From: Flavobacteriaceae bacterium
GTDB taxonomy: Bacteria; Bacteroidota; Bacteroidia; Flavobacteriales; Flavobacteriaceae
Assembly: GCA_018402385.1 (NCBI GenBank)
Contig: JAGYJA010000005.1
Span: forward strand, 1 to 64,000
Length of the DNA: 64,000 nucleotides
Direction: 5' to 3'
Shown: one piece after another, positions 18,935 to 29,812 of the stretch
Position numbering within the stretch: the stretch's first letter is position 1
Layout of the letters: the number at the start of each line of letters is the position of its first letter
Program-made: the position numbers and the translations under genes
The notes under the pieces: model-generated
Told to the model about the DNA's origin: nothing
What the model saw: the letters and a program-made list of their open reading frames with translations, nothing else
The model's database searches: none

Positions 18935-21001
18935 ATGAAAAATAATATCTTAACTATCCTATTTTGTTTTCTTTTTGTAAGCATATCAAATGCTCAAATT
19001 GACAGAAGTGAACGACCTGTTCCAAAACCTGCACCCACTATCAATTTAACTACTCCACATTCTTATAATTTAGACAATGGAATGAAAGTGATGGTTGTAA
19101 GAAATGCTAAGTTACCTCGTGTTAGAATGCAACTTCAATTGGACAATCCACTTTATGCTTCTCAAGAAAAAGCAGGAGTTGAATCAATTCTCGCAGCAAT
19201 GTTAGGTAACGGAACAACAAACATACCCAAAGATAAATTCAATGAAGAAATAGACTTTTTAGGAGCCAATATAAGTTTTGGTTCTCAAAGCGGTTTTGCA
19301 AGCTCCTTGTCAAAATATTTTGATAGAGTCTTTGAACTTTTTGCAGATGCAGCTAAAAACCCCCTTCTGGTTCAGGAGGAATTTCAAAAAGAAAAAGACA
19401 AGCTACTTGAAGCCTTAAAAAACAATAAAAAGGATGTTTCAAATGTTTCAAGGCAAGTTTCATCTGCGTTGCTTTATGGTAAAAAGCACCCAAAAGGAGA
19501 GTTTGCAACAGAAGAAACGGTTCAAAATATCACCTTAGCAGATGTGAAAAATTATTATGATAATTTTTTCTCTCCAGAAAATGCCTATCTTGTTGTTATT
19601 GGTGATGTTACCTTGCCCAAAGTTGAATCACTTGTGAATCTTCATTTTAAAGAATGGCCAAAAAAGTCGGTACTTGATATTGGCTATTCAATGCCACAAG
19701 ATTTACCAGCTGCACAAATCAATTTTATTGATATGCCCAATGCCGTTCAATCTGAATTAGTTGTTGAAAATGTTGTCAATTTAGAAATGGGTCACCCAGA
19801 TTATCACGCAGTGCTTGTTGCAAACAGCATTTTGGGAGGCGATTTCAATAGCTACTTAAATATGAATTTAAGAGAAGACAAAGGTTGGACTTATGGTGCT
19901 CGTTCCTCAACAGGAGCAGGTAAACACGTTTCAAGATTCTTTGCTTCGACCAGCGTAAGAAACGCTGTTACAGACAGTGCTGTTGTACAAATGCTACATG
20001 AAATTAAAAACATCAGAGAAAATCTGGTTGACAATGACAAACTCACCCTAGCGAAAGCAAAATACACCGGCAACTTTGTTTTAGCACTTGAAAGACCAGA
20101 AACAATAGCAAATTATGCATTGAATATAGAAACGCAAAACTTATCAAAAGACTTCTACGAAAATTACCTCAAAAAAATAAATGCAGTTACTGCAGAAGAT
20201 GTAAAGAGGGTTGCCAATACTTATTTTAAATTAAACAATGCCCGCATTGTTGTAACAGGAAAAGGCTCTGAAGTTCTTGAAGGATTAAAAAAGATTGACC
20301 GAGGAGATGGAGTAATGATACCGGTGCATTATTATGATATTTATGGAAATGAAGTTGAAGAACCCAATTATAACATTGAAATAGATCCCTCAGTAACTGT
20401 TGAAAAAGTTTTAAATGATTACATCAAAGCAATTGGAGGCAAAAATAAACTTGAGACTGTAAATACAGTATTTTCAAGTGCAAGTGCTTCCATGCAAGGG
20501 ATGCAACTAGGTATGGAAATGAAAACAACAACAAAAAATAAAATGTCTCAAGCTATTTTGATGGGAGGAATGCCAATGCAAAAAACTGTCTTTAATGGAG
20601 AAACCGGGTATTCAATGGCACAAGGTCAAAAAACTCAATTTGATGAAAAACAAATCAAGCAAATGAAAGAAAGCGTTGGCCCTTTTCCAGAAATGAATGC
20701 TTCAAACGCAACTCTCAAAAGTCTCGAGAACGTAAATGGGGTCAATGCCTATGCGGTTCAATTTGGAGAAAACAAAGTAAGTTTCTATAGTGTAGAAACC
20801 GGTTTGAAAATTAAAGACGAAACCACTTCAGAAGTAAACGGTATGGAAATGAAATCTTCAGTTTTCTTTGAAGATTACAAAAAAGTTAATGACATTTTGT
20901 TTCCTCACACAATTATAGTTTCTGCAGGGCCTCAAGAGTTAAAATTTGAAGTTTCAGAAATTAAAATCAATGAAGGTGTGAATGAGGCAGACTTTGAATA
21001 A
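18935..21001 (+). CDS. M16-family peptidase, second (non-catalytic-type) subunit with C-terminal extension
   Basis: 688 aa with signal peptide and an M16 fold without HxxEH; gene pair with the upstream M16. Confidence 0.7.
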   Translation: MKNNILTILFCFLFVSISNAQIDRSERPVPKPAPTINLTTPHSYNLDNGMKVMVVRNAKLPRVRMQLQLDNPLYASQEKAGVESILAAMLGNGTTNIPKDKFNEEIDFLGANISFGSQSGFASSLSKYFDRVFELFADAAKNPLLVQEEFQKEKDKLLEALKNNKKDVSNVSRQVSSALLYGKKHPKGEFATEETVQNITLADVKNYYDNFFSPENAYLVVIGDVTLPKVESLVNLHFKEWPKKSVLDIGYSMPQDLPAAQINFIDMPNAVQSELVVENVVNLEMGHPDYHAVLVANSILGGDFNSYLNMNLREDKGWTYGARSSTGAGKHVSRFFASTSVRNAVTDSAVVQMLHEIKNIRENLVDNDKLTLAKAKYTGNFVLALERPETIANYALNIETQNLSKDFYENYLKKINAVTAEDVKRVANTYFKLNNARIVVTGKGSEVLEGLKKIDRGDGVMIPVHYYDIYGNEVEEPNYNIEIDPSVTVEKVLNDYIKAIGGKNKLETVNTVFSSASASMQGMQLGMEMKTTTKNKMSQAILMGGMPMQKTVFNGETGYSMAQGQKTQFDEKQIKQMKESVGPFPEMNASNATLKSLENVNGVNAYAVQFGENKVSFYSVETGLKIKDETTSEVNGMEMKSSVFFEDYKKVNDILFPHTIIVSAGPQELKFEVSEIKINEGVNEADFE

Positions 21002-21029
21002 GCAGTCATAAAAATAATTGATTCTTTGT

Positions 21030-21062
21030 AAAACCGTCCCGTTAAACCGGGGCGGTTTTTCT
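21030..21062. terminator. Bidirectional terminator
   Basis: ACCGTCCCG-TTAAAC-CGGGGCGGT hairpin followed by T5. Confidence 0.6.
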
Positions 21063-21962
21063 TATTCTCTTTTTTCTGTTTGCTAAAATGACACCTAATA
21101 ATATCACTCCACCGGCAACTACTTGAAGTAAACTAAACTGCTCTCCGTCTAAAACTCCCCAAAGCAATGCGACAATGGGAATGGTATATGTTACCGATGT
21201 AGAAAAAACAGGAGTGCTAATTTGTATTAACTTGTTAAAAATAAGCAATGCAAGCGCAGAGCCAAAAATAGCGAGAATAGAAATATAGCCAATGGCTATT
21301 TGTGTTTCTTTATTTTGTAATACCTCAGCACTAAAAAAGCCGGTGCTTGCCAGTATAATGAAAGAGGGTAAAAGTATCGCAAAAAAACTTCCGGCTGAAA
21401 TGCCCAAAGGAGATAACTCCTGTAAATGGGTTTTAATCAAGTTTACATTCATAGCATAGCCCACCGTTGCAAAAAAGATAAATAACACATACCAATAATT
21501 TTGATTGGGATTAATTTCAGCACCTTGCCAAATCAACATCATACATCCTAAAAGGCCTATAATCACTCCAAAAAGCTGTCTTTGCGTAAACCCAATTGAA
21601 AAAATCAATGCTCCAAAAATCAAAGTCATAATGGGTGTGGTGGCGTTTAAAATGGAAGTGATTGCACTATCAATTTCTGTCTGTGCATAAGCAAAGAAAA
21701 AAGCCGGAAAAAAAGTTCCCATAAACCCGGCGATAGCGACCCATTTCCATTGGGTTTTAGTGAGCTTTCTTAAGCGTTTAAAACCAAGAACAAATAAAAA
21801 CAGCCCTGCAATAAAAATCCGAAGTGAACCCACCTGAATGGGAGTTAATCCCACAAGCGCTTTTTTAATAAGTATAAATGAACTCCCCCAAACAATAGAG
21901 AGTATTATGAGGTAAATCCATCTGGTATTTGGGCTTTCCATTTGCTTTTTAAAGAAAAACAA
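21042..21962 (-). CDS. DMT-superfamily (EamA) transporter
   Basis: 10 TM segments and two EamA-like halves (IILSIVWGSSFILIKKAL). Confidence 0.75.
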   Translation of the reverse strand: MFFFKKQMESPNTRWIYLIILSIVWGSSFILIKKALVGLTPIQVGSLRIFIAGLFLFVLGFKRLRKLTKTQWKWVAIAGFMGTFFPAFFFAYAQTEIDSAITSILNATTPIMTLIFGALIFSIGFTQRQLFGVIIGLLGCMMLIWQGAEINPNQNYWYVLFIFFATVGYAMNVNLIKTHLQELSPLGISAGSFFAILLPSFIILASTGFFSAEVLQNKETQIAIGYISILAIFGSALALLIFNKLIQISTPVFSTSVTYTIPIVALLWGVLDGEQFSLLQVVAGGVILLGVILANRKKRIRKTAPV

Positions 21963-22032
21963 AATTCGGCATTTTAAATTTATTAATCATCTGTTTTTGT
22001 AACTTTGTATAAAATTTAAAACACCAAAAACG

Positions 22033-22440
22033 ATGAAAACTTTAAAATATATTTTAGCCCTTTTTATGATTTCCTTTGTTGTAATATCTTGTAAAAATGA
22101 AAGCTCACCCGAGACTAAAACAGTTGAGGTTGCCAGTGAAGAAGTAAAAGAAAAAGTTTTGAACCCTGAGGCAAACTATGTTGCAGCAAAATTTGAAATT
22201 GATGGAATGATGTGCGCAATGGGTTGTGCTAAAGTGATTGAAAAAAATATTGCTCAAATGGACGGAGTAAAAACAGTAGAGGTAGATTTTGAATCAAAAA
22301 CTGCCAGGGTAGAATATGATGAAGAAATGGTCAATAGAGATTTGCTAATCGCAAACGTTAAGAAAACAGGAGACTCTTATGAAGTAACTACCTGGAATGG
22401 TGAAGAACTAAAAATGTCAAAAGAAATCATTGAAGAATAG
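22033..22440 (+). CDS. Heavy-metal-associated (HMA) domain lipoprotein
   Basis: Lipoprotein signal (VVISCK) and HMA fold with MMCAMGC metal-binding motif. Confidence 0.7.
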   Translation: MKTLKYILALFMISFVVISCKNESSPETKTVEVASEEVKEKVLNPEANYVAAKFEIDGMMCAMGCAKVIEKNIAQMDGVKTVEVDFESKTARVEYDEEMVNRDLLIANVKKTGDSYEVTTWNGEELKMSKEIIEE

Positions 22441-22459
22441 TCTTAGTCGATATAATTTT

Positions 22460-22497
22460 AACTCCCCCTGCAAGCAATTGTCAGGGGTTTTTATTTT
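22460..22497. terminator. Bidirectional terminator
   Basis: CCCCCTG-caagcaattgt-CAGGGGG followed by T5. Confidence 0.65.
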
Positions 22498-23381
22498 ATA
22501 ACCACTTTAAAGGTTCTCTGCTTAAAATTTTGTTGATTGAGTTTGAGAATAAAAACCCCGGGTTTTAAATCGCTTAAATCTAATTTTACCTCTCTTTGAT
22601 TGTTTGTCAAAACCGTTTTATAAAGTTTCCCGGTTAAACCGAAAATAGAAACTTGATTCACATTCCGGGCGTTTGTTAGTAAAAATTGATTTCTCTCTGT
22701 TTGTGAGATAAGTTGTACCTCTTTCAAAGAATTTATCATATCTGAAAGTCCAAGAATTGCTGGTTCACAGGCATTAATTGAATCCAGATTAGAGTAAAAC
22801 AATTCTGTATTTTTAAATGAACAACTCAAGTGACCCACAGCATTAATATCAGGATAGCCTCCAGGTGCATTGATGATGGATAAAGACCCAACGCCCTCCA
22901 CCCAAATAGCATTTTGAGAGCTTATCGTGTTTGAAGGAGTGGGCGAAAAATAAAAGTGACGATATGGATTTCCATTTGCCAATGGTATCAGTTGAATGGA
23001 ATCAAGCAAAAAATAGCCTCCGTTTGTTGGAAATGGCGTGATGGGGTTTAGCATCTCTATACTGTCTCCCACTTCCAGAGAAAAATCATATAGTAATAAA
23101 TCCTCTGCAAATTGGGGTTCAAGAATGGTGATATAGACTTTTTTTTCGTTGATGTTTTCACGCAATAAAAGATTGCGGTTTATGAAATGATAGCCGTCGA
23201 GAATCTTGTATGTTTTATTATTAAGCAATGTGTCACCATCTGTGAAGTAAATATCTGTAATACAACCAAAATTACAGGTAGTGAATTGCCATTCATTAAT
23301 CTGATCTAGCATGGGTTCATAACTTTGGGCAAAAAGCCCAGAGGTAGAAAAAAAAGCCAAAAGAAAAGTTTTGAGTCTCAT
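22491..23381 (-). CDS. Secreted protein with T9SS C-terminal sorting domain
   Basis: Signal peptide; C-terminal ~80 aa (KPGVFILKLNQQNFKQRTFKVVIK) resembles the Por/T9SS sorting domain. Confidence 0.55.
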   Translation of the reverse strand: MRLKTFLLAFFSTSGLFAQSYEPMLDQINEWQFTTCNFGCITDIYFTDGDTLLNNKTYKILDGYHFINRNLLLRENINEKKVYITILEPQFAEDLLLYDFSLEVGDSIEMLNPITPFPTNGGYFLLDSIQLIPLANGNPYRHFYFSPTPSNTISSQNAIWVEGVGSLSIINAPGGYPDINAVGHLSCSFKNTELFYSNLDSINACEPAILGLSDMINSLKEVQLISQTERNQFLLTNARNVNQVSIFGLTGKLYKTVLTNNQREVKLDLSDLKPGVFILKLNQQNFKQRTFKVVIK

Positions 23382-23391
23382 TACAAAAATT

Positions 23392-23943
23392 TTATTTCCA
23401 TCGAATACTTTCCATTAGATGTCTCACATCATTCCGTAAATAGAATATTGCAGGCAAAATGGAATCATAATTGGGTTTTGCATTAAAATAAAGTGAACCT
23501 GTTATAAAATGGTTAGTGGTATCGGTTACAAAAAACTGGGAAGGCGTTGCTGCATTTCCTCCTATTTCATAATACATGCCATACACTTTTTTAATGCTGT
23601 CTTCATAAGCGAGATCATCTATAACAGAAGCTTTAATGGTATGGTCATAAGTAAGCTTTTGAGCATCAAAAAGCAACGAGTCTAAATTGTTGTTTACTTC
23701 ACGATAAGTAAGGTGCAGTGTTGCTTTCATGTTAGGATAATCAAGGTTTATCCAGCAGTTTTGCTTTTTAGTCACAGTAGCCAGATAATTTATTTCGAAA
23801 GAATAAGGGCATCCTAAATCAATGAGCTTGTAAACAGGTTCAGGATATTGTAAATGAAGCATTGCCTTGGGTTTTACTGTCACATCTTGACCGCAAGAGT
23901 TGAGTAAAAGCAACATACTAAATATGACAATAAAATACTTCAT
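23392..23943 (-). CDS. gldD: GldD-like gliding-motility lipoprotein
   Basis: 183-aa lipoprotein (LLNSCGQ) matching GldD in size and layout. It lies beside ssb-mutY, as gldD does in Flavobacterium johnsoniae. Confidence 0.45.
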   Translation of the reverse strand: MKYFIVIFSMLLLLNSCGQDVTVKPKAMLHLQYPEPVYKLIDLGCPYSFEINYLATVTKKQNCWINLDYPNMKATLHLTYREVNNNLDSLLFDAQKLTYDHTIKASVIDDLAYEDSIKKVYGMYYEIGGNAATPSQFFVTDTTNHFITGSLYFNAKPNYDSILPAIFYLRNDVRHLMESIRWK

Positions 23944-24008
23944 AAATGATTTCCATTCAAGAGCAAACAGTTTGCAAATTAACGGGTATTATTTGAACAA
24001 ATTATATA

Positions 24009-24461
24009 TTAAAAAGGAAGGTCGTCTTCTTGCTGATTTACCGGTTGATTTTGAGGTGGTGCCGGTTGTTCTGTTTTTTCAGTAGATGGAGACTCCTGTT
24101 TTTGAGGCATTGCATCAGATTCAGACTTTGGAGTTAAAAATGTAAAATCTGTACATTGTATCTCGGTGCTGTATCGCTCATTTCCCTGTTCATCCTGCCA
24201 TTTTCTGGTTTTTAAACGACCCTCAATATAGACTTTATCTCCCTTTTTTAGGTAGCGTTCACAGATTTCGGCGGCTTTGTTTCTCACCACTATATTGTGC
24301 CATTCAGTATTGGATACTTTTTCACCGGTAGTGCGATTTGTATAAGTTTCATTGGTTGCAAGTGGAAATCGACCAATACAATTACCGCCTTCAAAATGAA
24401 TCATTTTTACATCATCTCCGGTATGTCCTATAAGCATAACTTTATTTACTGTACCACTCAT
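24009..24461 (-). CDS. ssb: Single-stranded DNA-binding protein
   Basis: OB-fold N-terminus, Gln/Pro-rich tail, C-terminal DDLPF. Confidence 0.9.
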   Translation of the reverse strand: MSGTVNKVMLIGHTGDDVKMIHFEGGNCIGRFPLATNETYTNRTTGEKVSNTEWHNIVVRNKAAEICERYLKKGDKVYIEGRLKTRKWQDEQGNERYSTEIQCTDFTFLTPKSESDAMPQKQESPSTEKTEQPAPPQNQPVNQQEDDLPF

Positions 24462-24508
24462 AACATGAAATTTTTGTGAACATCAAATATACCTATTTCA
24501 AACGGGTT

Positions 24509-25554
24509 TTAAAAGGAGAATCCCACAATAAAATTATGAATCACAATGGGGACAGGGTATGTATTTATTTCAGAAATCGGGATGCCTTTTGTATGTAAAG
24601 GAGAAATGTAAACCACCCAAAACTGTATATTTAAATGCTGATGCGAAAGTTTATGAACCACAGGTTTATCATTATATAAACTTAAGGACAGAATCTTAAC
24701 ATCACTTAAAGTTTCACTCACTTCCTGAATGGTGATGGCTGCATTTTGCTCTTTCTCTACTAACGGAAATTGATAGAGATTTCTCCAGATACCATTTCCG
24801 GTTCTTTTTTCAGAATTGTTTTTTCATCTTCAGAAAGGAGAACTAAATAATTGAAATAACGGTTTCTCACTTTGGTTTTTGAAGTTTTCACCGGAAGTGT
24901 ATGCACCAATCCATTGTTAAAAGCAACACAAGCTGAATTAAAAATACAATCCTCACAAAATGGGTTTTGCGGTTTGCAATGCGTAGAACCAAACTCCATC
25001 AATGCCTGATTAAATTCTCCCGGATGTTTCTCATCAATCAATTTTTGAGCAAGTTTTTTAAATTCTTTGGCTCCAGCTGATGAATTAATAGGTGTTTTTA
25101 TACCAAAAACCCGTGCCAGCACACGATACACATTTCCGTCCACCACAGCTTGGGGCTCCTCAAAACAAATGGAGGAAATGGCACTGGCCGTGTAGTCTCC
25201 AACGCCCTTTAAGTTTAATAAACCTGAGTGTGTATTTGGAAAAATTCCTTTGTGGTTATTGACAATATGTTGAGCCGTGTGGTGTAGATTTCGTGCGCGG
25301 GAGTAGTAGCCCAAACCTTGCCAAAGTTTTAAAACGTTTTCTTCTTCAGCTTTTGCCAAATCAAAAACAGTGGGATAGGTTTCTATAAAAGCCTCATAGT
25401 ATTTCAAGCCCTGTTCAATGCGGGTTTGTTGTAATATGATTTCTGAAAGCCAAATAGCATAAGGGTCTTTGCGAGCACGCCACGGCAAATCTCTTTTGTT
25501 GCTTTGGTACCAGTCAATAAGTTTTGAAGAAAAGGACATCATACAATTTAACAT
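24509..25554 (-). CDS. mutY: A/G-specific adenine glycosylase MutY, interrupted by a 1-nt frameshift in the A6/T6 run at 24805-24810
   Basis: ORF 24760..25554 is the HhH-GPD/FeS N-terminal part. The alternate frame reads KKRTGNGIWRNLYQFPLVEKE and continues into ORF 24509..24721 (Nudix-like MutY C-terminal domain). Confidence 0.85.
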
Positions 25555-25585
25555 GACAAAAGTAGTGGGTATCTTTTAGTTTACG

Positions 25586-26092
25586 TTGTTTTTTTATGGG
25601 ATTTATGCTTCCTTTGGGATAATGAATTCAAAAGTCTATACTGTAGATGAAGCACTCTCCAAAATGGAGCGCTATTGTGCTTATCAAGAGCGTTGCCATC
25701 AGGAAGTAGAACAAAAGCTGAGGGAGATGCGTCTCATTCAGGAAGCGGTTGATAAAATCATACTCCATCTGCTGGAGCACGATTACATCAATGAAACCCG
25801 TTTTGCAAAGGCCTATGCACGTGGTAAGTTTTCCATTAAAAAATGGGGTAGAAATCGCATTGGTAATGAGTTGAAAAGAAGGAAAATTTCTGCATACAAC
25901 ATCAACGCTGCATTACAAGAAATTGCTGATGAAGACTATATAAAATGCTTTGATGCGCTAGCTGAAAAGCGACTACATCAAATAAAGGAAACTAACAAAT
26001 ACAAAAAACGCAAAAAGCTGGCAGATTATCTTTTATACAGGGGTTGGGAAAGTGAGTTGGTGTATGAAAAAACGACAAGTCTTATCCCTTAA
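25586..26092 (+). CDS. recX: Recombination regulator RecX
   Basis: RecX three-repeat helical pattern (YINETRFAKAYARGKF...). The likely true start is MNSK at 25623. Confidence 0.7.
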   Translation: MFFYGIYASFGIMNSKVYTVDEALSKMERYCAYQERCHQEVEQKLREMRLIQEAVDKIILHLLEHDYINETRFAKAYARGKFSIKKWGRNRIGNELKRRKISAYNINAALQEIADEDYIKCFDALAEKRLHQIKETNKYKKRKKLADYLLYRGWESELVYEKTTSLIP

Positions 26093-26948
26093 TATTTAGT
26101 TTCTTGTGTGTGTTTATGATGGCCATTTCATTTTTAGAATCAATCCATTTTTGCCCTTTTTTTTTGCGCATCAAATTGTCAAAATGACGCATTATAAAAA
26201 TGTTGTAAATAGCCCAACTCAGATGTTTTGGATTTCGTGGAATTCCTCTTAAGCTCATACTAAAACCGGGTGTAATGTACTTCATATAATGCCAGTAACC
26301 TTCGGGCATAAATAAGACCTCACCGTGATTGAGAAATGTTTTATATCCTTCTGCCTTCTTTAGTGCAGGCCATTTTTCATAATCGGGATTTGAAAAATCT
26401 ATGTCTTCTCTTGTGATGAGGGAATGGGGCACCTTATAAAGATATTTTGTTTGGCTTTGGTCAAAAAGGATGATTTCTTTTTTTCCGTCAAAGTGAAAGT
26501 GAAGTATGTTTGCAAAATCAATATCATAATGCATAAATGTAAAAGAATCTCTTCCGCCAAAAAAGAGCATGGGCAAGCCTTTTAAAAATCTAATTCCCAA
26601 ATCCGGAAAAGAGAAATCATTTTGTAACTGAGGAACTTCTTTGAGGACATTCCATAGAAAAATGCGGTAACGGGTAGGTTTTTTTTGAAGAAGAGAGATA
26701 TACTCGCTCATTTTCATTTTGTGGGCAGGTTCATTGAATTTTTTAGAGGCATTTATGGGCTTGTCATCATAAAGCGGCACTATTTTTTCACCCGCAACTT
26801 TTGCCATATAATCAAGATTCCATTTTGAAAAAGCCGGCCAGTCCTCAATACCCTTTTCAATGATAAGTGGTTTTTGAGGTTTTAAATAATTTTGAATAAA
26901 CGCTTGTTTGGTTATCGTTTGAACCCTATTAATTTGACTTAAAATCAT
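26082..26948 (-). CDS. Cupin-like/JmjC-domain protein
   Basis: 288 aa with a Cupin_8-like pattern (WNLDYMAKVAGEKIVPLY...HYDIDF). Confidence 0.55.
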   Translation of the reverse strand: MILSQINRVQTITKQAFIQNYLKPQKPLIIEKGIEDWPAFSKWNLDYMAKVAGEKIVPLYDDKPINASKKFNEPAHKMKMSEYISLLQKKPTRYRIFLWNVLKEVPQLQNDFSFPDLGIRFLKGLPMLFFGGRDSFTFMHYDIDFANILHFHFDGKKEIILFDQSQTKYLYKVPHSLITREDIDFSNPDYEKWPALKKAEGYKTFLNHGEVLFMPEGYWHYMKYITPGFSMSLRGIPRNPKHLSWAIYNIFIMRHFDNLMRKKKGQKWIDSKNEMAIINTHKKLNIKG

Positions 26949-27074
26949 TTAGAAAAACAGTTTTAATCAATTGCTCAATTATACCTTTTTGTAAAACAAA
27001 GTTAGTACAAAAGCGTCAATGTTGCTCTTTTAAGAGGAAAAAGCAACACCAAAGTTAAATTGTAATAGTGCTAA

Positions 27075-28502
27075 TTAAGCGTTAGGTTTTTTGTTAGGGT
27101 CTTTGGAGTTATCGTCTTGATTTTTCAGATTTTCCAAATCTTTTCCTTTGAGATAATCCGGCAGTTGCATGCCAGCCATATTGAACATTTCCTGAAGTGG
27201 CGGTACTGCTTTATACATTCCTGAAATAAAGTTTGAGGTAGCTGTTTTCCCATCAGCTGAAGAGCCGTTTTCCCAAACGGTTACTTTATCAATTTTTATG
27301 TTTTTAATGGCTTCAGACTGAAGTTTGACAAGTTCCGGGAGTTTATCAGCAATAAGAAGTAATGCTGCGTTTTGTGAATCATTACCTGCTGCTTTTACAA
27401 TTTGATCAAGACCTTGTGCTTGTTTGGTAAGAATTTCAAAAATACCTTTTGCTTCGGCTTCGGCTTTAAAGAGTATGGCGTCTGCCTCACCTTTTGCTTG
27501 TCGTCTTATTCTTTCGGCTTCAGCTTCTGCATCGATTTCTACTTTTTGCTTGTCAATTTCGGCTGGAACGATGATATCTGCTACTTGAGTACTCCGTTCT
27601 CTTTCAGAACGGGCGATTTCAGCTTCGCGTTCTGCGGCATACGATTCTTCCAGTGCTTTTGCAGATTGTACTTTTTCTGAAGCAGTTGCAACGCGATCTA
27701 CTTCAGCTTCTCTTTGACGGCGCAAAGAATCTGAATTTGCGATATTGATTTTTGCAATATTTTCTCCTTCTACAGCTTTTGCATTGGCTGCTGCAACCTG
27801 GGTGCGTTCATCTTGTTGTGCATTGGCCTCTCCAATGGAACCGTCTCTGGTTTTTTCAGCTACAGATTTTCTTGCTTCGTTGATGGCGTGTGCAGCGGCT
27901 TCTTTTCCTAAAGCCTCAATATAACCTGACTCGTCGTGAATGTCTGTAATATTTACGTTGATGAGTTTTAAACCCACTTTTCTCAATTCGGCCTCAACAC
28001 TGTGAGAGATATTACTTAAAAACTTGTCTCTATCTGAATTGATTTCTTCGATATCCATTGATGCAACAACAAGACGCAATTGACCAAAAATGATTTCTTT
28101 AGCAATGTCTTGAATTTCCTCAAGCTGAAGTCCGAGAAGACGTTCAGCTGCGTTTTGCATAACCCCATCATCTGTTGCAATACCAATAGTAAAGCGAGAG
28201 GGAACATTGACCCTTATGTTTTGTTTACTCAATGCATTTATTAAATTGACTTCCAGAGAAATTGGAGTTAGGTCTAGATATTGATAATCTTGTATGACCG
28301 GCCAAATAAATGCGGCACCCCCGTGAAGACATTTTGCTGAATGTCCTGTACCCACTTTTCCATAGATAACAAGAATTTTGTCTGAAGGACAACGTTTGTA
28401 TCTTCTTATAAATGAAATTAAAATGATGAATAAAAAGAAAATTGCTAAGCCAATGGCAATAATTCCTGCTGCGGCATCAACTTGTAAGAATAATGTGGAC
28501 AT
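27075..28502 (-). CDS. Flotillin-like SPFH/band-7 protein (YqiK-like)
   Basis: N-terminal TM segment, SPFH domain, long Ala/Glu-rich coiled coil. Confidence 0.85.
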   Translation of the reverse strand: MSTLFLQVDAAAGIIAIGLAIFFLFIILISFIRRYKRCPSDKILVIYGKVGTGHSAKCLHGGAAFIWPVIQDYQYLDLTPISLEVNLINALSKQNIRVNVPSRFTIGIATDDGVMQNAAERLLGLQLEEIQDIAKEIIFGQLRLVVASMDIEEINSDRDKFLSNISHSVEAELRKVGLKLINVNITDIHDESGYIEALGKEAAAHAINEARKSVAEKTRDGSIGEANAQQDERTQVAAANAKAVEGENIAKINIANSDSLRRQREAEVDRVATASEKVQSAKALEESYAAEREAEIARSERERSTQVADIIVPAEIDKQKVEIDAEAEAERIRRQAKGEADAILFKAEAEAKGIFEILTKQAQGLDQIVKAAGNDSQNAALLLIADKLPELVKLQSEAIKNIKIDKVTVWENGSSADGKTATSNFISGMYKAVPPLQEMFNMAGMQLPDYLKGKDLENLKNQDDNSKDPNKKPNA

Positions 28503-28504
28503 AG

Positions 28505-29083
28505 TTACTTTTGGTATTTATTTACAATTAGGATTCCATTGCTCGTTATTTCTGAAACTTTTACGATATTACCTTGCTTGAGATCATAGCTTTCATCAGT
28601 GAGGGCCTCGAGTTCTCTGTAGCCACCCTGAACTTTAATTTGTACTTTTCCTATGGTGCTTCTGTTAGCACCAATTGTGCTGTAAACTTCACCAATTCCA
28701 CCTAAAGCATTTTTAATCTTAAGTGCTCCACCGCTACTATTGAGTTTGCTTAAAAAGTAGAATAAGGAAGCCATGGCAAACATCATCAAAAGTCCACAAA
28801 ATAATGAAATGATAAGTGTTGTACCATAAGAGAGTTCAGCGCTCAAACAAGCGATTCCTGTCCATCCAAAAATGGTAAAAAACCCTACTAAATTTTTAAA
28901 AGATAAAAACTGAAAATCAATGCCGGCATCCAGATCAAGGTCCCCGTCAATGTCACCTATATCATCTGCATCACCCCCTATAAAGGTCAACACCAAAAGG
29001 ATAATAAGTAAAACTGAGCCTATAATTGCAGTAATCCAGTATATTCGCTCAAACAATGTAAGCGCAGAAAACCATTCTTCCAT
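28505..29083 (-). CDS. NfeD-like membrane protein (YqiJ-like) partner of flotillin
   Basis: TM segments plus C-terminal OB-like beta domain; gene immediately upstream of the flotillin gene. Confidence 0.6.
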   Translation of the reverse strand: MEEWFSALTLFERIYWITAIIGSVLLIILLVLTFIGGDADDIGDIDGDLDLDAGIDFQFLSFKNLVGFFTIFGWTGIACLSAELSYGTTLIISLFCGLLMMFAMASLFYFLSKLNSSGGALKIKNALGGIGEVYSTIGANRSTIGKVQIKVQGGYRELEALTDESYDLKQGNIVKVSEITSNGILIVNKYQK

Positions 29084-29166
29084 GGGGTGTTTTTTTACTT
29101 AGGAAAGATACTAACTTTTTAATTTTTTTAGAGTTTTTTTATAAAAATTGTAATGAAGAGATAAAA

Positions 29167-29544
29167 TTAATTTTCTTTTTCCTCGTCCAAATCTTCACTT
29201 CTCAATTCATGAGTTGTTTTTTTGTATTTGCCCTCAAGATCATCAATAACTGATTTTTTCCAAAGCTTAACACCAATAAAATAGGAGGCCCTTCCAATGA
29301 GGTGAGCACCCACCGGAGCAGTTAGTAAAATAAATAAAATAATTGCCAGCACTCTAGAGGTGATAGAAATATCACTAAAATAAACTGCAGCAGCCCCAAG
29401 AATCAAACCAATGCCTAGTGTTGCTGCTTTTGTAGTTACAGAAATGCGCAAATAAGTATCAGGCATTCTTATCACACCCACAGCTGCCAATAAGACAAAG
29501 AGGGTTCCTAAAGTCGCTAATGTACCAATTATTATTTCACTCAT
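29167..29544 (-). CDS. mrpG: Na+/H+ antiporter subunit G (MrpG/MnhG)
   Basis: 125 aa, MnhG-like (GVIRMPDTYLRISVTTKAATLG). Confidence 0.8.
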   Translation of the reverse strand: MSEIIIGTLATLGTLFVLLAAVGVIRMPDTYLRISVTTKAATLGIGLILGAAAVYFSDISITSRVLAIILFILLTAPVGAHLIGRASYFIGVKLWKKSVIDDLEGKYKKTTHELRSEDLDEEKEN

Positions 29545-29812
29545 TTTTGTTTCTTTTTTCGAGGTAATAAGAAAAGGCTACTGTGCCAAGAAATGCAATC
29601 AAAGCAAGTATCATCGCTATATCGAGAAAAGTAGGCTGATTTGTTGTGATACTGTAAATTGCGATAACGCCAATTCCTGTAGTAATTAGCAAATCAAGTG
29701 TAATGACCCTGTCAACTATACTAGGGCCCATTAAAAAACGAACAAATAATAACACAATCGAAAACGAAAGTATGGGTAATAAAATGTAATATAAATACTC
29801 GTATAAGGTCAT
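29537..29812 (-). CDS. mrpF: Na+/H+ antiporter subunit F (MrpF)
   Basis: 91 aa, 3 TM segments, position in operon. Confidence 0.7.
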   Translation of the reverse strand: MTLYEYLYYILLPILSFSIVLLFVRFLMGPSIVDRVITLDLLITTGIGVIAIYSITTNQPTFLDIAMILALIAFLGTVAFSYYLEKRNKNE